Shown here: piece by piece, positions 38,514 to 48,082 of the stretch
Numbering within the stretch: the first letter of the stretch is position 1
Layout of the letters: each line of letters starts with the position of its first letter
Source of the DNA: an uncultured Thermoleophilia bacterium
GTDB lineage: Bacteria > Actinomycetota > Thermoleophilia > UBA2241
Length of the DNA stretch: 64,000 nt
Direction: 5' to 3'
Assembly: GCA_963736645.1 (NCBI GenBank)
Contig: CAVTPJ010000008.1
Location: forward strand, 76,707-140,706
The notes under the pieces: model-generated
Databases searched by the model: none
Seen by the model: only the letters and a program-made list of their open reading frames with translations
What the model was told of the DNA's origin: nothing
Made by a program: the position numbers and the translations under genes

Positions 38514-39152
38514 CTAGAGGATCCAGCGGTAGACCTCGAACACCTCGGCGAACGCGCAGCCGATGTTGACGCCGCGGGTGAACGCGACGTTGCGGATGTA
38601 CTCCTCGTTCAGGTAGTTGCGGTGGCCCTGGCTGGCGTAGCACGCGAGGGCGTCGACCTTCTTCTGGATGTGGCGCTCCTCGAGCTGGACGTAGGCCTGC
38701 TGCTCGAAGTTGAGGTTGTTCCAGGGGATCTCATAGGCCATCACCGTGGTGCGCTTGAAGGCGCGCAGGCCCTCTTCGGCGATGGTCTTGTGGTCCTGGT
38801 GCAGGTCGATCAGAGCCGGCAGGAGGACGCAGTCCGGGTCGATCTCCTGCTGGAGGAGGATCATCTCCTCCAGGATGTCCTGGCGTACGGTCGGGAAGGT
38901 GCGCACCTCGAAGTCGTAGACCTTGAGGTCCGTCTCGGGGATGCCGAGCACGCCGGTCGCGGCGCGCACCTCGTGCTTGAGGACGTCTTTGGGAAAGCCG
39001 TCGGGGACGCTCTTGGCGGCGGTGCTGAACGCCGCGTACGTGACTCGGACGTCGTTCTCGATGAGGCGTGCCATCGTGCCGCCGCAGCCGAACTCGCCGT
39101 CGTCGGTGTGCGGCGCCAGGACGAGCACGTTGGTGAATCCGTCGATGCTCAC
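38514..39152 (-). CDS. PIG-L/LmbE-family N-acetyl-sugar deacetylase
   Basis: VLVLAPHTDDGEFGCGGTMARL matches the (A/P)HxDD motif, and HQDH lies downstream. GTG 39152 has better Shine-Dalgarno spacing than GTG 39161. Confidence 0.85.
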   Translation of the reverse strand: MSIDGFTNVLVLAPHTDDGEFGCGGTMARLIENDVRVTYAAFSTAAKSVPDGFPKDVLKHEVRAATGVLGIPETDLKVYDFEVRTFPTVRQDILEEMILLQQEIDPDCVLLPALIDLHQDHKTIAEEGLRAFKRTTVMAYEIPWNNLNFEQQAYVQLEERHIQKKVDALACYASQGHRNYLNEEYIRNVAFTRGVNIGCAFAEVFEVYRWIL

Positions 39153-39213
39153 GTGAGGCACTCCCCTCGGTGAGGTGTCTGTCGCAACGGGACGACCCGC
39201 CTCGGGGCGGCTG

Positions 39214-40347
39214 CTACGTCAGCCCGGCGCAGAGCGAACCATAGAAGTCTACCAAATCACCCTGCACGGCCTCCCACGAGTAGCGGCGCTCGACCGCGCG
39301 GCGGCCGCGAGCGCCCATCTCGGGGAGCGCCGAGGGATCGGCGAGCAGGCGCCGCAGGCCGCGGAGGTGTCCTTCCACGCCGGGCTCGACGGCGAGACCG
39401 CATCCCTCCAGCCGGACGAGCTCGCCGCGCCCGGGCAGGTCGCTGACCAGCGCGGCGAGCCGCATCGCCATACCCTCGAAGAGCTTCGTGGGGACGGCCG
39501 GGTGGCGGTACTGGCTGGTCGGGATCGACGGCACCCAGACCACGTCGGCCGCGGCCAGGTGCCCCGGGAGTCCCGCGGGCGCGATGCGACCGAGCAGCTT
39601 GACGCGGTCGTGGAGACCGGCGGCGAGTCGCGCGACGACCTCGGTCTCGAGGGTCGGGTCGTTGAAGGTGCCGCCCAGATACAGCACGGCCTCGTCCGGC
39701 TCGAGGCGCTCCATGACGTCGAGCATCACCATGCAGCCACGCGCGCGCGACAGGCTGCCGACGTAGATGAGCTTGAGCCGCGGGTCGGCGGCGAGCTCGG
39801 GGACTGGCTGCGCACCCTTGAAGCGCTCGACCCGCGGGTAGTTCGGTGAGACCAGGCGCAGCTTCGGCGTGCTTCCCAGGGCCGCCAGCTGGTCGCCGGT
39901 GACGACGACGACCCCGGAGCCGAGCGCCGCCAGGCGTCTCTGGGCGACGGCCGTCGTTCGGGAGGCCACGGGCCGGGCCTTCGCCGGGATGTACGGCTTG
40001 CCGGCGACCGCCTCCGGCACGTACTCGTGCATATCGTAGACAAGACGCGGCACCAACGCCCTGGCTGCCGGGAACAGCGTGAGCAGCTCGGGGTCGTGCA
40101 CGTGCAGGACGTCCGGCCGTAGGGCACGCAGCGCCTTGGTGATCTCGACCGAGCTGAGGAAGCGAGTGCGGCGGCCGCGCACGGGCAGCGGAGCCCGCAG
40201 GACCCCTCCGGCGTCGCGGCCGCGCTCGGCGCCGGGCGCCAGGTACATGACGTCGTAGCCGGCCTGCGCCAGCGTGCGGCACTCGCGTTCGTGGATGCGC
40301 GGGTCGTCCGGTCTGTGGACGACGCTGAGATGCAGGACGCGGGTCAT
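39214..40347 (-). CDS. GT4 glycosyltransferase
   Basis: MTRVLHLSVVHRPDDPRIHERE at the N-terminus, with a GT-B C-terminal domain (PTKLFEGMAM E-x7-E-like). The ATG overlaps the upstream stop (ATGA). Confidence 0.8.
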   Translation of the reverse strand: MTRVLHLSVVHRPDDPRIHERECRTLAQAGYDVMYLAPGAERGRDAGGVLRAPLPVRGRRTRFLSSVEITKALRALRPDVLHVHDPELLTLFPAARALVPRLVYDMHEYVPEAVAGKPYIPAKARPVASRTTAVAQRRLAALGSGVVVVTGDQLAALGSTPKLRLVSPNYPRVERFKGAQPVPELAADPRLKLIYVGSLSRARGCMVMLDVMERLEPDEAVLYLGGTFNDPTLETEVVARLAAGLHDRVKLLGRIAPAGLPGHLAAADVVWVPSIPTSQYRHPAVPTKLFEGMAMRLAALVSDLPGRGELVRLEGCGLAVEPGVEGHLRGLRRLLADPSALPEMGARGRRAVERRYSWEAVQGDLVDFYGSLCAGLT

Positions 40348-41942
40348 GCCGTGCTCGGGGCATCGGCCGTGCCGTCGACGCGGCACGCCCGGGTCGGCGG
40401 TCCGTTCGCCTGGGGAGAGGAGGGCTGGGGCAGCCGGAGGGCCTCACGCCAGCGCGCGACGATGCTTCCCGCCGAGGCGGCGATACCGCCGTGCTCCTTC
40501 ACCCCGTCCACGAGGTTCCAGTAGACCTCGTCGTAGCCCCGGGAGAGGCGCGGGTCGAAGCGACTGTTGTGCCAGAGCAGGCTGGACGCGCCGCCGCTCT
40601 CGCGCACGCGCGCGAAGACGGCGGCGGCCGTACGCTCGGCCTCGCGCGGCGGCAGGCCACGATAGTGCGGCTGCTGCAGCGTCCCGTCCATCACCGCGAG
40701 GGGCAGCTCGAGCAGGTCGAGGGGCCGTTCCTCGGCGAGCGAGTAGGGCCGGAAGGGGAAGGAGCAGCCGCAGCGGAAGCCCTCATGTTCGGCGAAGGCG
40801 AGACTCGTGTCGTAGCTGAACCCGGCTCGCTCCAGCAGCGGCAGTGTCTCGTGATAGAGGCAGCGGAGGTAGTGGTAGCGGATCCCATCCACCTCGGTGC
40901 GCGCCTCGCGTGCGAGGCGCGCACGGTCGTCGACCAGCGGGTCGAGATCGAGGCGGTCGGCGTCGTTGCCGTGCAGGCCGATCTCGCGCCGGTGCCGGGC
41001 GAGCAGCGTGAGAGCCTCGGGGATGCGCCGGCGGTACGTCTCCGGCTGGTTGCCGTCTTGCCTGTGGGTGTGACGGGCGATGACGAAGAAGGTGGACGTG
41101 ACACCGCGGACGTCCTCGCCGCCGAGGATCCGAGGGAAGGTCCAGTAGGGATCGGTGCGGCGTGGCAGATGACGGACGAGCCAGTCCGCGGTGTCGCCGA
41201 GCTCGCGGCCCGCAGCGGCCCAGTCGCGGCGGTAGGCGCTGCGGGCCGTCCGGTACCCGGCGGCGGCGAACCCGCGCCGTGTCCAGCGCCAGAGATTGTC
41301 CACGTCGTGCGTGAGCGCGACCGCGAATCCCGCGTCTCCCCACATCCAGCCGGGCCGCGGCAGGGGAGCGAGCCCGAGGGCCGCGAGGCGTGGAGGCAGG
41401 ACGGCGCGCAGGAGCTCCACGTAGCGGTCGACGGCGGGTTCGTCGATCCTGAGCTCAGGGTTGGCGGCGAACACGCCGGCAGAGTACGGCAGGCGACCGT
41501 AGCGGTCGCGCTCGGACGCGGTGCGCTCGTCCCAGCAGGCGAGGAGCGCGAATGACGAGGCGACGAGATCACAGGGAGCGGCAAAGCCGGCCGGATCCGT
41601 CGCCGGGAACGCTGCCACGACCGTGGGCGTAGCGCCGGCGATGCCAACTTGACCGGGCCCGGCCGACGCGCGGTGCGCAAACGAGCCGGAGGGCAGCGGC
41701 CTCGCGCCGGCGAAGAGATCCATCGCCTCGTCGCTGCGAGGGATGGTCGGCACGCCGGCGACGGGGGCGGGTGCGTAGGCGAGAGCGGCCTCGCCCGCTC
41801 GTGCGGCCTCACGGATCACCGCGACCGTGTGACCCAACGGGGCCAGGAGGGTCTCGAGCACCCAGGCGGCGCGCGGCGCGAACGCCTCCGGCGTGTCGAT
41901 GTAGACCTCGAGGCTCGCGAGCGGCGCCGGTACCTGGGTCAC
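40344..41942 (-). CDS. polysaccharide-deacetylase-like (NodB-fold) protein with an unknown ~220-aa N-terminal domain
   Basis: LTHDVDNLW, STFFVIARH, EIGLHGN and IRYHYL resemble divergent NodB-type deacetylases. The GTG start overlaps the upstream stop (GTGA). The 912-aa track ORF is a read-through artefact. Confidence 0.65.
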   Translation of the reverse strand: MTQVPAPLASLEVYIDTPEAFAPRAAWVLETLLAPLGHTVAVIREAARAGEAALAYAPAPVAGVPTIPRSDEAMDLFAGARPLPSGSFAHRASAGPGQVGIAGATPTVVAAFPATDPAGFAAPCDLVASSFALLACWDERTASERDRYGRLPYSAGVFAANPELRIDEPAVDRYVELLRAVLPPRLAALGLAPLPRPGWMWGDAGFAVALTHDVDNLWRWTRRGFAAAGYRTARSAYRRDWAAAGRELGDTADWLVRHLPRRTDPYWTFPRILGGEDVRGVTSTFFVIARHTHRQDGNQPETYRRRIPEALTLLARHRREIGLHGNDADRLDLDPLVDDRARLAREARTEVDGIRYHYLRCLYHETLPLLERAGFSYDTSLAFAEHEGFRCGCSFPFRPYSLAEERPLDLLELPLAVMDGTLQQPHYRGLPPREAERTAAAVFARVRESGGASSLLWHNSRFDPRLSRGYDEVYWNLVDGVKEHGGIAASAGSIVARWREALRLPQPSSPQANGPPTRACRVDGTADAPSTA

Positions 41943-43153
41943 GCGTCGCTCCGGGCGCGCGGCCGTCGCGTCACTGCCTGGCGCGCGACCCGGTAGGCGT
42001 TCACGGCGCCCGGCACGGGGTCGTGGAGGGAATGGAGGCCGTCCATGCGCGTGCCGCGCAGAGAACGCAGATAGTCCCCGACGCTCCGCTCGCGCCGCGC
42101 GATCTCCAGGATCGCCAGGGGGACATCCGTGTTGGCCACGATCCACTTCACCCCGTCGGTCTGACGTGGCGCCAGATAGGGATCGCGCGTGGCGTCGCGG
42201 TAGGCGGCGAGCGAGAGATTGACGCCGCTGGCAGTCGCCAGCCCGTGCCATTTCCAGTGCCGGGCGTTGACTTCCATCAGGCAGTACCGCCCGTCGCGCG
42301 GGTCGCGCTTGAACTCGACCTGGCTCACCCCGTGGAAACGCAACTTCTGAAGCAGGCGGAGTGCCGCATCGACGAGGTGCTGGTCCCAGGCGCTCACACC
42401 GGCGAGGCAGCTGCCTCCGGAGTGCGGGTACTGGCGCAGCTTGTGGCCGCAGAACACGGCCAGCGGCCGAGACTGCGCGTCGAGGTACGACCCGACGGTC
42501 CAGAGCTCCTCCTCGCCGCCCGGCACGCGCTCCTGCAGCATGAGCAGGCCGAGGTCGTCCACCTTGTCGTAGACGCGCCGCAGCTCCGCCGGCGAGTCCA
42601 CATCGATGATGTGCCGGCCAAAGCGCAGCGTGAACGCCAGGGAGTCCACCGGTTTGAGTACGGCCGGGAACGGCACCTCGCCCGCCGCCGCCGCCAGATC
42701 CTCCCCGGACTCGACGAACACCGTCTTGGGCGTGTCCACGCCGGAGCCCGATGCGGCCTCGAACTGAGCGCGCTTGTCGTGGACTCGCTGCATGACCTCC
42801 CAGGGTGAGAAGGGCACGATGAACGAAGGCTCCAGCCGCTCTGCGTGACGCGACAGCGGCCAGACGTACTCGTCGTGACTGGGGAAGACGACGGCGGGCC
42901 GGGGCAGTGACCGCCCGAACTCCTCGAGGAAGACGAGGAAGGCCTCTTCGTCGTCGAGTGGGTCGGGGCAGACGAGCCCGGTAGCGTACCGCGAGCGGAG
43001 GCCCAGGGCTCCGGGGTCGGGATCCATGGCGGCGACCGGGACGCCGTGGCGCCCGAGATCGCGGATGATGTCCAGGCCGCACGCGTCGCGCACCTGCAGG
43101 ACGATCGCCGGGTGACGAGCCGCCGCCCTCTCAAGAAAACGCTCGAACCTCAT
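41939..43153 (-). CDS. ATP-grasp domain protein (carboxylate-amine ligase-like)
   Basis: 404 aa. The pre-ATP-grasp N-domain is followed by FPAVLKPVDS ... EVNARHW-type motifs. AAAGGA lies 5 nt upstream of the ATG. Confidence 0.7.
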   Translation of the reverse strand: MRFERFLERAAARHPAIVLQVRDACGLDIIRDLGRHGVPVAAMDPDPGALGLRSRYATGLVCPDPLDDEEAFLVFLEEFGRSLPRPAVVFPSHDEYVWPLSRHAERLEPSFIVPFSPWEVMQRVHDKRAQFEAASGSGVDTPKTVFVESGEDLAAAAGEVPFPAVLKPVDSLAFTLRFGRHIIDVDSPAELRRVYDKVDDLGLLMLQERVPGGEEELWTVGSYLDAQSRPLAVFCGHKLRQYPHSGGSCLAGVSAWDQHLVDAALRLLQKLRFHGVSQVEFKRDPRDGRYCLMEVNARHWKWHGLATASGVNLSLAAYRDATRDPYLAPRQTDGVKWIVANTDVPLAILEIARRERSVGDYLRSLRGTRMDGLHSLHDPVPGAVNAYRVARQAVTRRPRARSDA

Positions 43154-43274
43154 GCTCGTCCTTTCGCGGCGCGGCCGAAGGCGCCTGAGCCTACCGGCCG
43201 CGATGATACAAGCCGAAGCCTCGACATCGCCAATCGGGTGCGGTCCAGGGGCGCCGGTGAGCCGGCGTGAAGGG

Positions 43275-44111
43275 TCAGCGGAGACGGCGGGCCGGGTTGC
43301 CGGCCCAGACCTCGCCCGGGCCCACGTCCTCGCGCACGGAGGAGCACATGCCGATGACCGCGTCGTCGCCGATGGTCACGCCGTTCGCGATCGCGGCCGC
43401 CTGCCAGACGACCACGCGGTCGCCGATGCGGCAGCTGCCGCCGAGCTGTGCGTGGCCGGTGAGAAGCACGTCCTCGCCGATGTGAACGTTGTGCCCGACG
43501 TTCACATGGGGGCCGATCTTGGCGCCGCGCCGCACGATCGTGTCGCCGAGCGCCCCGCGTTGGATGGTCGCGTGTGCGGCGACGTCGACATCCGCCTCGA
43601 GCACCACTCCGCCGAGCTGGGGGAAGCGGACGAGGCGACCGCCGGCATCGCGCTCGTAGCCCATCCCGCCGGAGCCGATGACCACGTGCTGCGCGATTCT
43701 GACGCGGGGGCCGACCGTCGCGTTCTTGACCCAGGAGTGGTTCAGGGCGACGGTCTCTGCCATCCCCGGCTCTGCATAGACGGGGTCGCGATCGACGTCG
43801 AGCTCGGAGAAGAAGCGATTGAGGACCTCGACCATGGCCAGTCGCGGCGCGGCGCACACGGCGATCGCATGACCGGCCGGCGGGTCGTCCTGGGGGGCCG
43901 GCCCAGCACAGAGCACGAGGCCGGCCGTGGCCTCTGCCGCGAGGCCGGTCGGGGCGCGGCGCCACGTGATGTCGTTGGGCCCCGCCGCCGTGTCGACGTT
44001 CACCCCGGCGAGGATGATGCTCCCGAGATCGTCTCCGGGTGCCGACAGGAGTGCCTCGAGCCGTCCGGTGTCCTCAAGGAACCGCGCCACCGCGGCCGCG
44101 GTGGCGCTCAC
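43275..44111 (-). CDS. hexapeptide-repeat (LbH) acyltransferase, LpxD-like
   Basis: Runs of [LIV]G-x4 hexapeptides (IGPHVNVGHNVHIGEDVLLTGHAQLGGSCRIGDRVVV) and the C-terminal end GNPARRL. Confidence 0.8.
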   Translation of the reverse strand: MSATAAAVARFLEDTGRLEALLSAPGDDLGSIILAGVNVDTAAGPNDITWRRAPTGLAAEATAGLVLCAGPAPQDDPPAGHAIAVCAAPRLAMVEVLNRFFSELDVDRDPVYAEPGMAETVALNHSWVKNATVGPRVRIAQHVVIGSGGMGYERDAGGRLVRFPQLGGVVLEADVDVAAHATIQRGALGDTIVRRGAKIGPHVNVGHNVHIGEDVLLTGHAQLGGSCRIGDRVVVWQAAAIANGVTIGDDAVIGMCSSVREDVGPGEVWAGNPARRLR

Positions 44112-44212
44112 GGCCGGTAGAGCGCCAGACGCGCACCGAGCAGCTGGGGGCCGAACTCGTGCGGCATGTACCCCATCCGGGACTCAGTGTGTATCGAGGT
44201 CGACGGCGACAT
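44108..44212 (-). CDS. candidate 34-codon micro-ORF coupled to the LbH acyltransferase gene
   Basis: AAGGAGG (44223-44229) lies 10 nt upstream of the ATG. The product is MSPSTSIHTESRMGYMPHEFGPQLLGARLALYRP. 30 of 34 codons end in G/C by hand count. Its TGA overlaps the acyltransferase GTG (GTGA). TATACT lies at 44280-44285. Confidence 0.35.
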   Translation of the reverse strand: MSPSTSIHTESRMGYMPHEFGPQLLGARLALYRP

Positions 44213-44317
44213 GCGGTGCGCGCCTCCTTGACGTTGCCGAAACCGCACACGCGTGCGCACGCGAGTCCGGTGAACGGGCAGTATAGCACCGCCGCCGCGA
44301 ACGCGGCCGACCGCCGG

Positions 44318-45355
44318 TCACTCGTCCCAGAACACCTGGTCGAAATAGCGGATCGAGTGCCGCGAGGTGCGCACGCGCGACTGGGCGAGCGCCACTCCTT
44401 CGGCGTCCAGCTCGCCCAAGGCGTACTTGATCCCCAGGTACGGCAGGATGAAGTCCTCCTGGTAGACGAACGTGGAGACCCTGGGATTCACTTCGATGAG
44501 GTGCTCCCCCATGAACTGGATGCTGACGAACTGATCGAGGCGCAGACGCCGGCAGATGTGGCGTGAGGCGGCGACGAGCGCCGGCATGGCGACCGTGCGG
44601 AACGACATCGCGAGGCCGGCCCTGACGGCTTCGCGCGTCTTGACCTGACAGAGGACGATCTCGCCGTCGTCGACGAGCGCGTCGACCACGTACTCCGGCG
44701 CGTCGATGTACTCCATGAGCAGCAGCGATGGGAACGCCCCGCCGGCGGCGAGCTCGGCGGCAGCCTCCTCCAGGGAGAGCACGGAGACGCCGCCGCGGCG
44801 CTGAAGCAGGTCCGGGCGACTTTCCTCGGCCACCACGTGGAAGCCGCGTGACCCCTTGGCGACCAAGGGCTTGAAGCACACCGGCACGCCGGGATAGCCG
44901 AGCCCGCGAGCACCGGCGACGAACTCGTCGACGGTCGCCGGCGTCATCGCCCGGGGCTGCAGGACGGGCGTGCCCTGCAGCGCCGCGTGCATCGCGGCCT
45001 TGTCGTTGCAGACCGCGATGGCGTCTGGGCCGGCGACGAGGACGACCGCGCCCAGGTCCGTGAACGCCGGGCGCGAGCGCGCAACCGCCTCCACCTCGTT
45101 GGACGACTGCACCAGAAGGACGTGCGGACGCTCGCGACCGACGACGTCGAGCAGGGTCGGGATGTACTCGGGCGAGTCCCCGGACGGCACCAGGCTGAAG
45201 CCGTCGCACAGGAAGCGCCCGATGGCATCCGGCCGCATGTCGACGCCGTGGATCTCGATCTCGCGCTCGCCGTTGGCCTTGAGCATGCGGATGAGCGTGC
45301 TGGCGCCCGGGCAGCCGGCCGCGGTGAGCACGAGCTTGAGCGCGGGCAGGGTCAT
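44318..45355 (-). CDS. ATP-grasp domain protein (CPSase-large-subunit-like ligase)
   Basis: 345 aa. The N-terminus is a Rossmann-like pre-domain (KLVLTAAGCPGASTLIRMLK). The central ATP-grasp region has CFKPLVAKGSRGF and LLMEYIDAPEY. Confidence 0.7.
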   Translation of the reverse strand: MTLPALKLVLTAAGCPGASTLIRMLKANGEREIEIHGVDMRPDAIGRFLCDGFSLVPSGDSPEYIPTLLDVVGRERPHVLLVQSSNEVEAVARSRPAFTDLGAVVLVAGPDAIAVCNDKAAMHAALQGTPVLQPRAMTPATVDEFVAGARGLGYPGVPVCFKPLVAKGSRGFHVVAEESRPDLLQRRGGVSVLSLEEAAAELAAGGAFPSLLLMEYIDAPEYVVDALVDDGEIVLCQVKTREAVRAGLAMSFRTVAMPALVAASRHICRRLRLDQFVSIQFMGEHLIEVNPRVSTFVYQEDFILPYLGIKYALGELDAEGVALAQSRVRTSRHSIRYFDQVFWDE

Positions 45356-45362
45356 GGCATCC

Positions 45363-46538
45363 TCAGCGGCCCGTGAGCACGCGTTCGTAGACCTCGAGCG
45401 TGAGGCGGGCGTTGCGCTCCCAGCTGAGACCGAGGGCGGCGGCGCGGCCGGCTGCGCCGATCGCGGCCGCTCCGCCTGGGTCGTCGAGCACCCGGGCGAT
45501 GACGCCGGCGATGGCCTCCGGGTCGCGCGCCGGCACCAGCCAGCCGCCGCTCACGCCGTCCTCGACGAAGTCCTCCGGGCCTCCCCCCTGGATGGCGAGT
45601 ACGGGTGTGCCCTGGGCCATGGCCTCCGTGTAGACGAGCCCGAAGGCCTCGTCCCAGCTCGGCAGGGCGAAGAGCTGCGCGCGCGCCATCAGCGCCAGCA
45701 CGCGCGCGTGCTCCATGCGGCCGACGAAGTGGACGTCGTCGCTCACGCCCTCGGCCGCGGCCTGCTCTTCGAGGGCGTGCCGCAACGGCCCGCCGCCGAC
45801 GATCGCGAGCTGGACGCGACGGCCGGCGCGGCGCAGCTTGCCGACGGCGGCGATGAGATCGGCGGTGCCTTTGCGCTCGATCAGCTGGCCCACGGAGAGC
45901 ACGAGCGGTTCGCCGGGGAGGTAGTCGGAAGCCGGCTCGACCCGCATCCCGAGACCCGTGGTGCCGTTGAGCACGACCGACAGCCTCTCCGGCGCGACGA
46001 CATCGCGGAGCAGGCCGGCGACGACACTGGAGTTCGCCATCACGGCAGCGGCGCTGCCGAGCACCTGCCTGGCGCGGCGCTCCACGGCGCCGCTCATGCG
46101 CAGGTGCTGGTAGACGTCGGCGCCGTGCACGGTGATCACGCACGGCACACCGAGGTCGGCGGCCAGACGCTGCGCGAGCGCGCCGTCGGGCAGCGCCTGG
46201 TGCGCGTGCACGAGGTCGTAGCCCCCGGAGCGCAGCGACGGCAGCCGGCCGACCGCCTGGTAGGCAAGGTCGCCGAGGCGGTCGAAGCAGAGACGCCGCG
46301 GCGGCTGCAGGACGCGCGGGTACTCGACGACGACGCCGTCGAGGGTCGCCTCCCGCGGCTTGCTGCCGCGCCGCCGGTGGCGTTCGCTGCGCCAGAGCAC
46401 GCGCGGCGCCCACGGGGTCGGGGACAGCACCCGCGATTCGACGCCGAGCTCCCGGAGCGCCAGGACCTGCTGGTGGACGAAGAGGTGGCGCTCGACGCCC
46501 GGGGAGGGATACAGGTGCGACACGACGAGGACCTTCAC
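45363..46538 (-). CDS. GT4 glycosyltransferase
   Basis: MKVLVVSHLYPSPG at the N-terminus, with the GT-B C-domain motif (PSWDEAFGLVYTEAMAQGTPVLA). The GTG overlaps the upstream stop (GTGA). Confidence 0.85.
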   Translation of the reverse strand: MKVLVVSHLYPSPGVERHLFVHQQVLALRELGVESRVLSPTPWAPRVLWRSERHRRRGSKPREATLDGVVVEYPRVLQPPRRLCFDRLGDLAYQAVGRLPSLRSGGYDLVHAHQALPDGALAQRLAADLGVPCVITVHGADVYQHLRMSGAVERRARQVLGSAAAVMANSSVVAGLLRDVVAPERLSVVLNGTTGLGMRVEPASDYLPGEPLVLSVGQLIERKGTADLIAAVGKLRRAGRRVQLAIVGGGPLRHALEEQAAAEGVSDDVHFVGRMEHARVLALMARAQLFALPSWDEAFGLVYTEAMAQGTPVLAIQGGGPEDFVEDGVSGGWLVPARDPEAIAGVIARVLDDPGGAAAIGAAGRAAALGLSWERNARLTLEVYERVLTGR

Positions 46539-48082
46539 GAGCCGGCTCCTCCGCGTTCAGCGGATCGGCCGGCTCCGGCCGGTTCGGCGTCCTCCGCCGG
46601 CAGCCGTCGTTCGGCGGCCGCCAGCCGCGATCGCGAGATCACGGCGAGGGCGAGCCCGAAGAGGATCCAGATGGGGGCGAAGCCCACGGAGCTGCTGGGG
46701 CCGACTGCCCCGATCGTCCATCCGATCAGCGCCAGGACCGTGGCGCTGGCGAGGTATCTGGTGAGGTCGTCAGGGTCGTGCCGGGCGATGGGCCACAGAG
46801 AGAACACCAGGATCATGAAGAACGCGACGTGCAGCGTGAACCCGACGAGGCCGCCGTCGGCGAAGGTCTCCAGCCACCAGTTGTGCAGGTTCGCGATGCC
46901 GAGCGCCTCCGGGCCCGACGAGATGATCTTCTCCGCCTGTCCCGGCCCGGCGCCAAGCAGGAGGCTGCCGCCGGCGATCTCCAGCCCACGGGTCGTCAGG
47001 TTGGCGCGCATGTCGCCGGAGCCCTTGTTCTTCTGCGCCTGGCTGACCAGTGCCTCCAGGCGGAACTGACGCAGCATGGCGTTCTGCGAATCGTTGAACA
47101 GCAGGTAGGCGGCGAAGGCGACGAGGATCACGGCGACCGCCGTGCCGGCGATCTTGGCCGAGCGCGTCGAGAGACGGGCGCTCAGGTGCCTGAAGAGGAA
47201 GGCGGCCGCCACCGTGGAGACCCCGACGGCGATGAGGCTCGAGCGGGAACCCGTGCGCACGAACGCGGCCGCGCCGATCGCCATCAGCAACAGGTCCAGC
47301 GCGAGCCACCGCGCCTTACGCGTGAAGAAGAACGCAGCGAGCATGAACGGCCAGCTGAAGGCCAGGTAGGTGGCGAGGTCGTTCTGGTTGACGAAGACGC
47401 TGGTGACGGCGTAGGTCTTGCCCGCCGCCGCGGCGGTGAAGCGTGAGGTGGGCAGGCGGATGCCGGTGCGGGCCTCGAGCAGTGTGAAGCCGACGACGAA
47501 GCAGTAGGCGAGCACCAGCGCCGCGAACAGCCAGCTCAGCCGCCGCCGGCTGCCTCCCGCGGCCGCCGTCGCCAGCGTCAGGGCGATCATCGTGACGACG
47601 ATGGCGATGTAGTCCAGGGCGCGGGCCTTGTCCCCCGACCAGGTCAGCCCGATGAACAGCCAGGCAAACCACAGGATGAGAGGAAGGACTGCCTCAGTCG
47701 CCGCAAAAGCCAGCGGCTCGCGCCGGACGATGAGGTACGCGACGCCCACACCGATCACCAGCACGAGCACGATGCGGAACAGGAACGCCTGAGGGTATCC
47801 CGGAAGGGCGAACGACGGGCCGAGAAGCGCCGTCGCGGGGAGCAAGACGAGCCCGACCACAAGGAGGGCGCCGAGGTCGATGCCGGCGAGGCGCCGACGG
47901 TTGAGCACGACCAGGGCGGCGACGCCGAGGACGGCCAGGAGTGCCATGCCCTCGAGGGGCCGGCGCGTGAGGGCGGCTGCGACGACGATCGTGAGGGCGC
48001 CGCCACCGGCGAGCAGCGCGGCGTCCGCCGCGCTGAAGTGGTGAGCGGCGGGGGTAGTGAGCGTCCTTGGCGCGTCGCTCAT
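46535..48082 (-). CDS. wzy: O-antigen polymerase/ligase-family membrane protein (Wzy-like)
   Basis: About 12 hydrophobic helices. The O-antigen-ligase-type loop is GSRSSLIAV ... LHNWWLETFADGGLVGF. The ATG overlaps the upstream stop (ATGA). Confidence 0.75.
   Translation of the reverse strand: MSDAPRTLTTPAAHHFSAADAALLAGGGALTIVVAAALTRRPLEGMALLAVLGVAALVVLNRRRLAGIDLGALLVVGLVLLPATALLGPSFALPGYPQAFLFRIVLVLVIGVGVAYLIVRREPLAFAATEAVLPLILWFAWLFIGLTWSGDKARALDYIAIVVTMIALTLATAAAGGSRRRLSWLFAALVLAYCFVVGFTLLEARTGIRLPTSRFTAAAAGKTYAVTSVFVNQNDLATYLAFSWPFMLAAFFFTRKARWLALDLLLMAIGAAAFVRTGSRSSLIAVGVSTVAAAFLFRHLSARLSTRSAKIAGTAVAVILVAFAAYLLFNDSQNAMLRQFRLEALVSQAQKNKGSGDMRANLTTRGLEIAGGSLLLGAGPGQAEKIISSGPEALGIANLHNWWLETFADGGLVGFTLHVAFFMILVFSLWPIARHDPDDLTRYLASATVLALIGWTIGAVGPSSSVGFAPIWILFGLALAVISRSRLAAAERRLPAEDAEPAGAGRSAERGGAGS

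Noticed and set aside
40344-43082. A 912-aa ORF in the track spanning the deacetylase-like gene and most of the ATP-grasp gene region.
   Set aside because: The N-terminal 380 residues are an Arg/Pro-rich shadow frame of the ATP-grasp gene (41939-43153), which has recognisable motifs in its own frame. A GTG at 41942 overlapping the ATP-grasp stop gives a sensible start.
44074-44289. A 71-aa Cys-rich ORF (MLYCPFTGLACARVCGFGN...) in the ATP-grasp/acyltransferase gap, which looks superficially like a RiPP precursor.
   Set aside because: G/C third-position bias holds only for about the first 25 codons and then collapses, exactly where the alternative 34-codon frame becomes strongly biased. It has no SD and it runs 38 nt into the acyltransferase gene. 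It remains a possible alternative to check alongside the 34-codon ORF.
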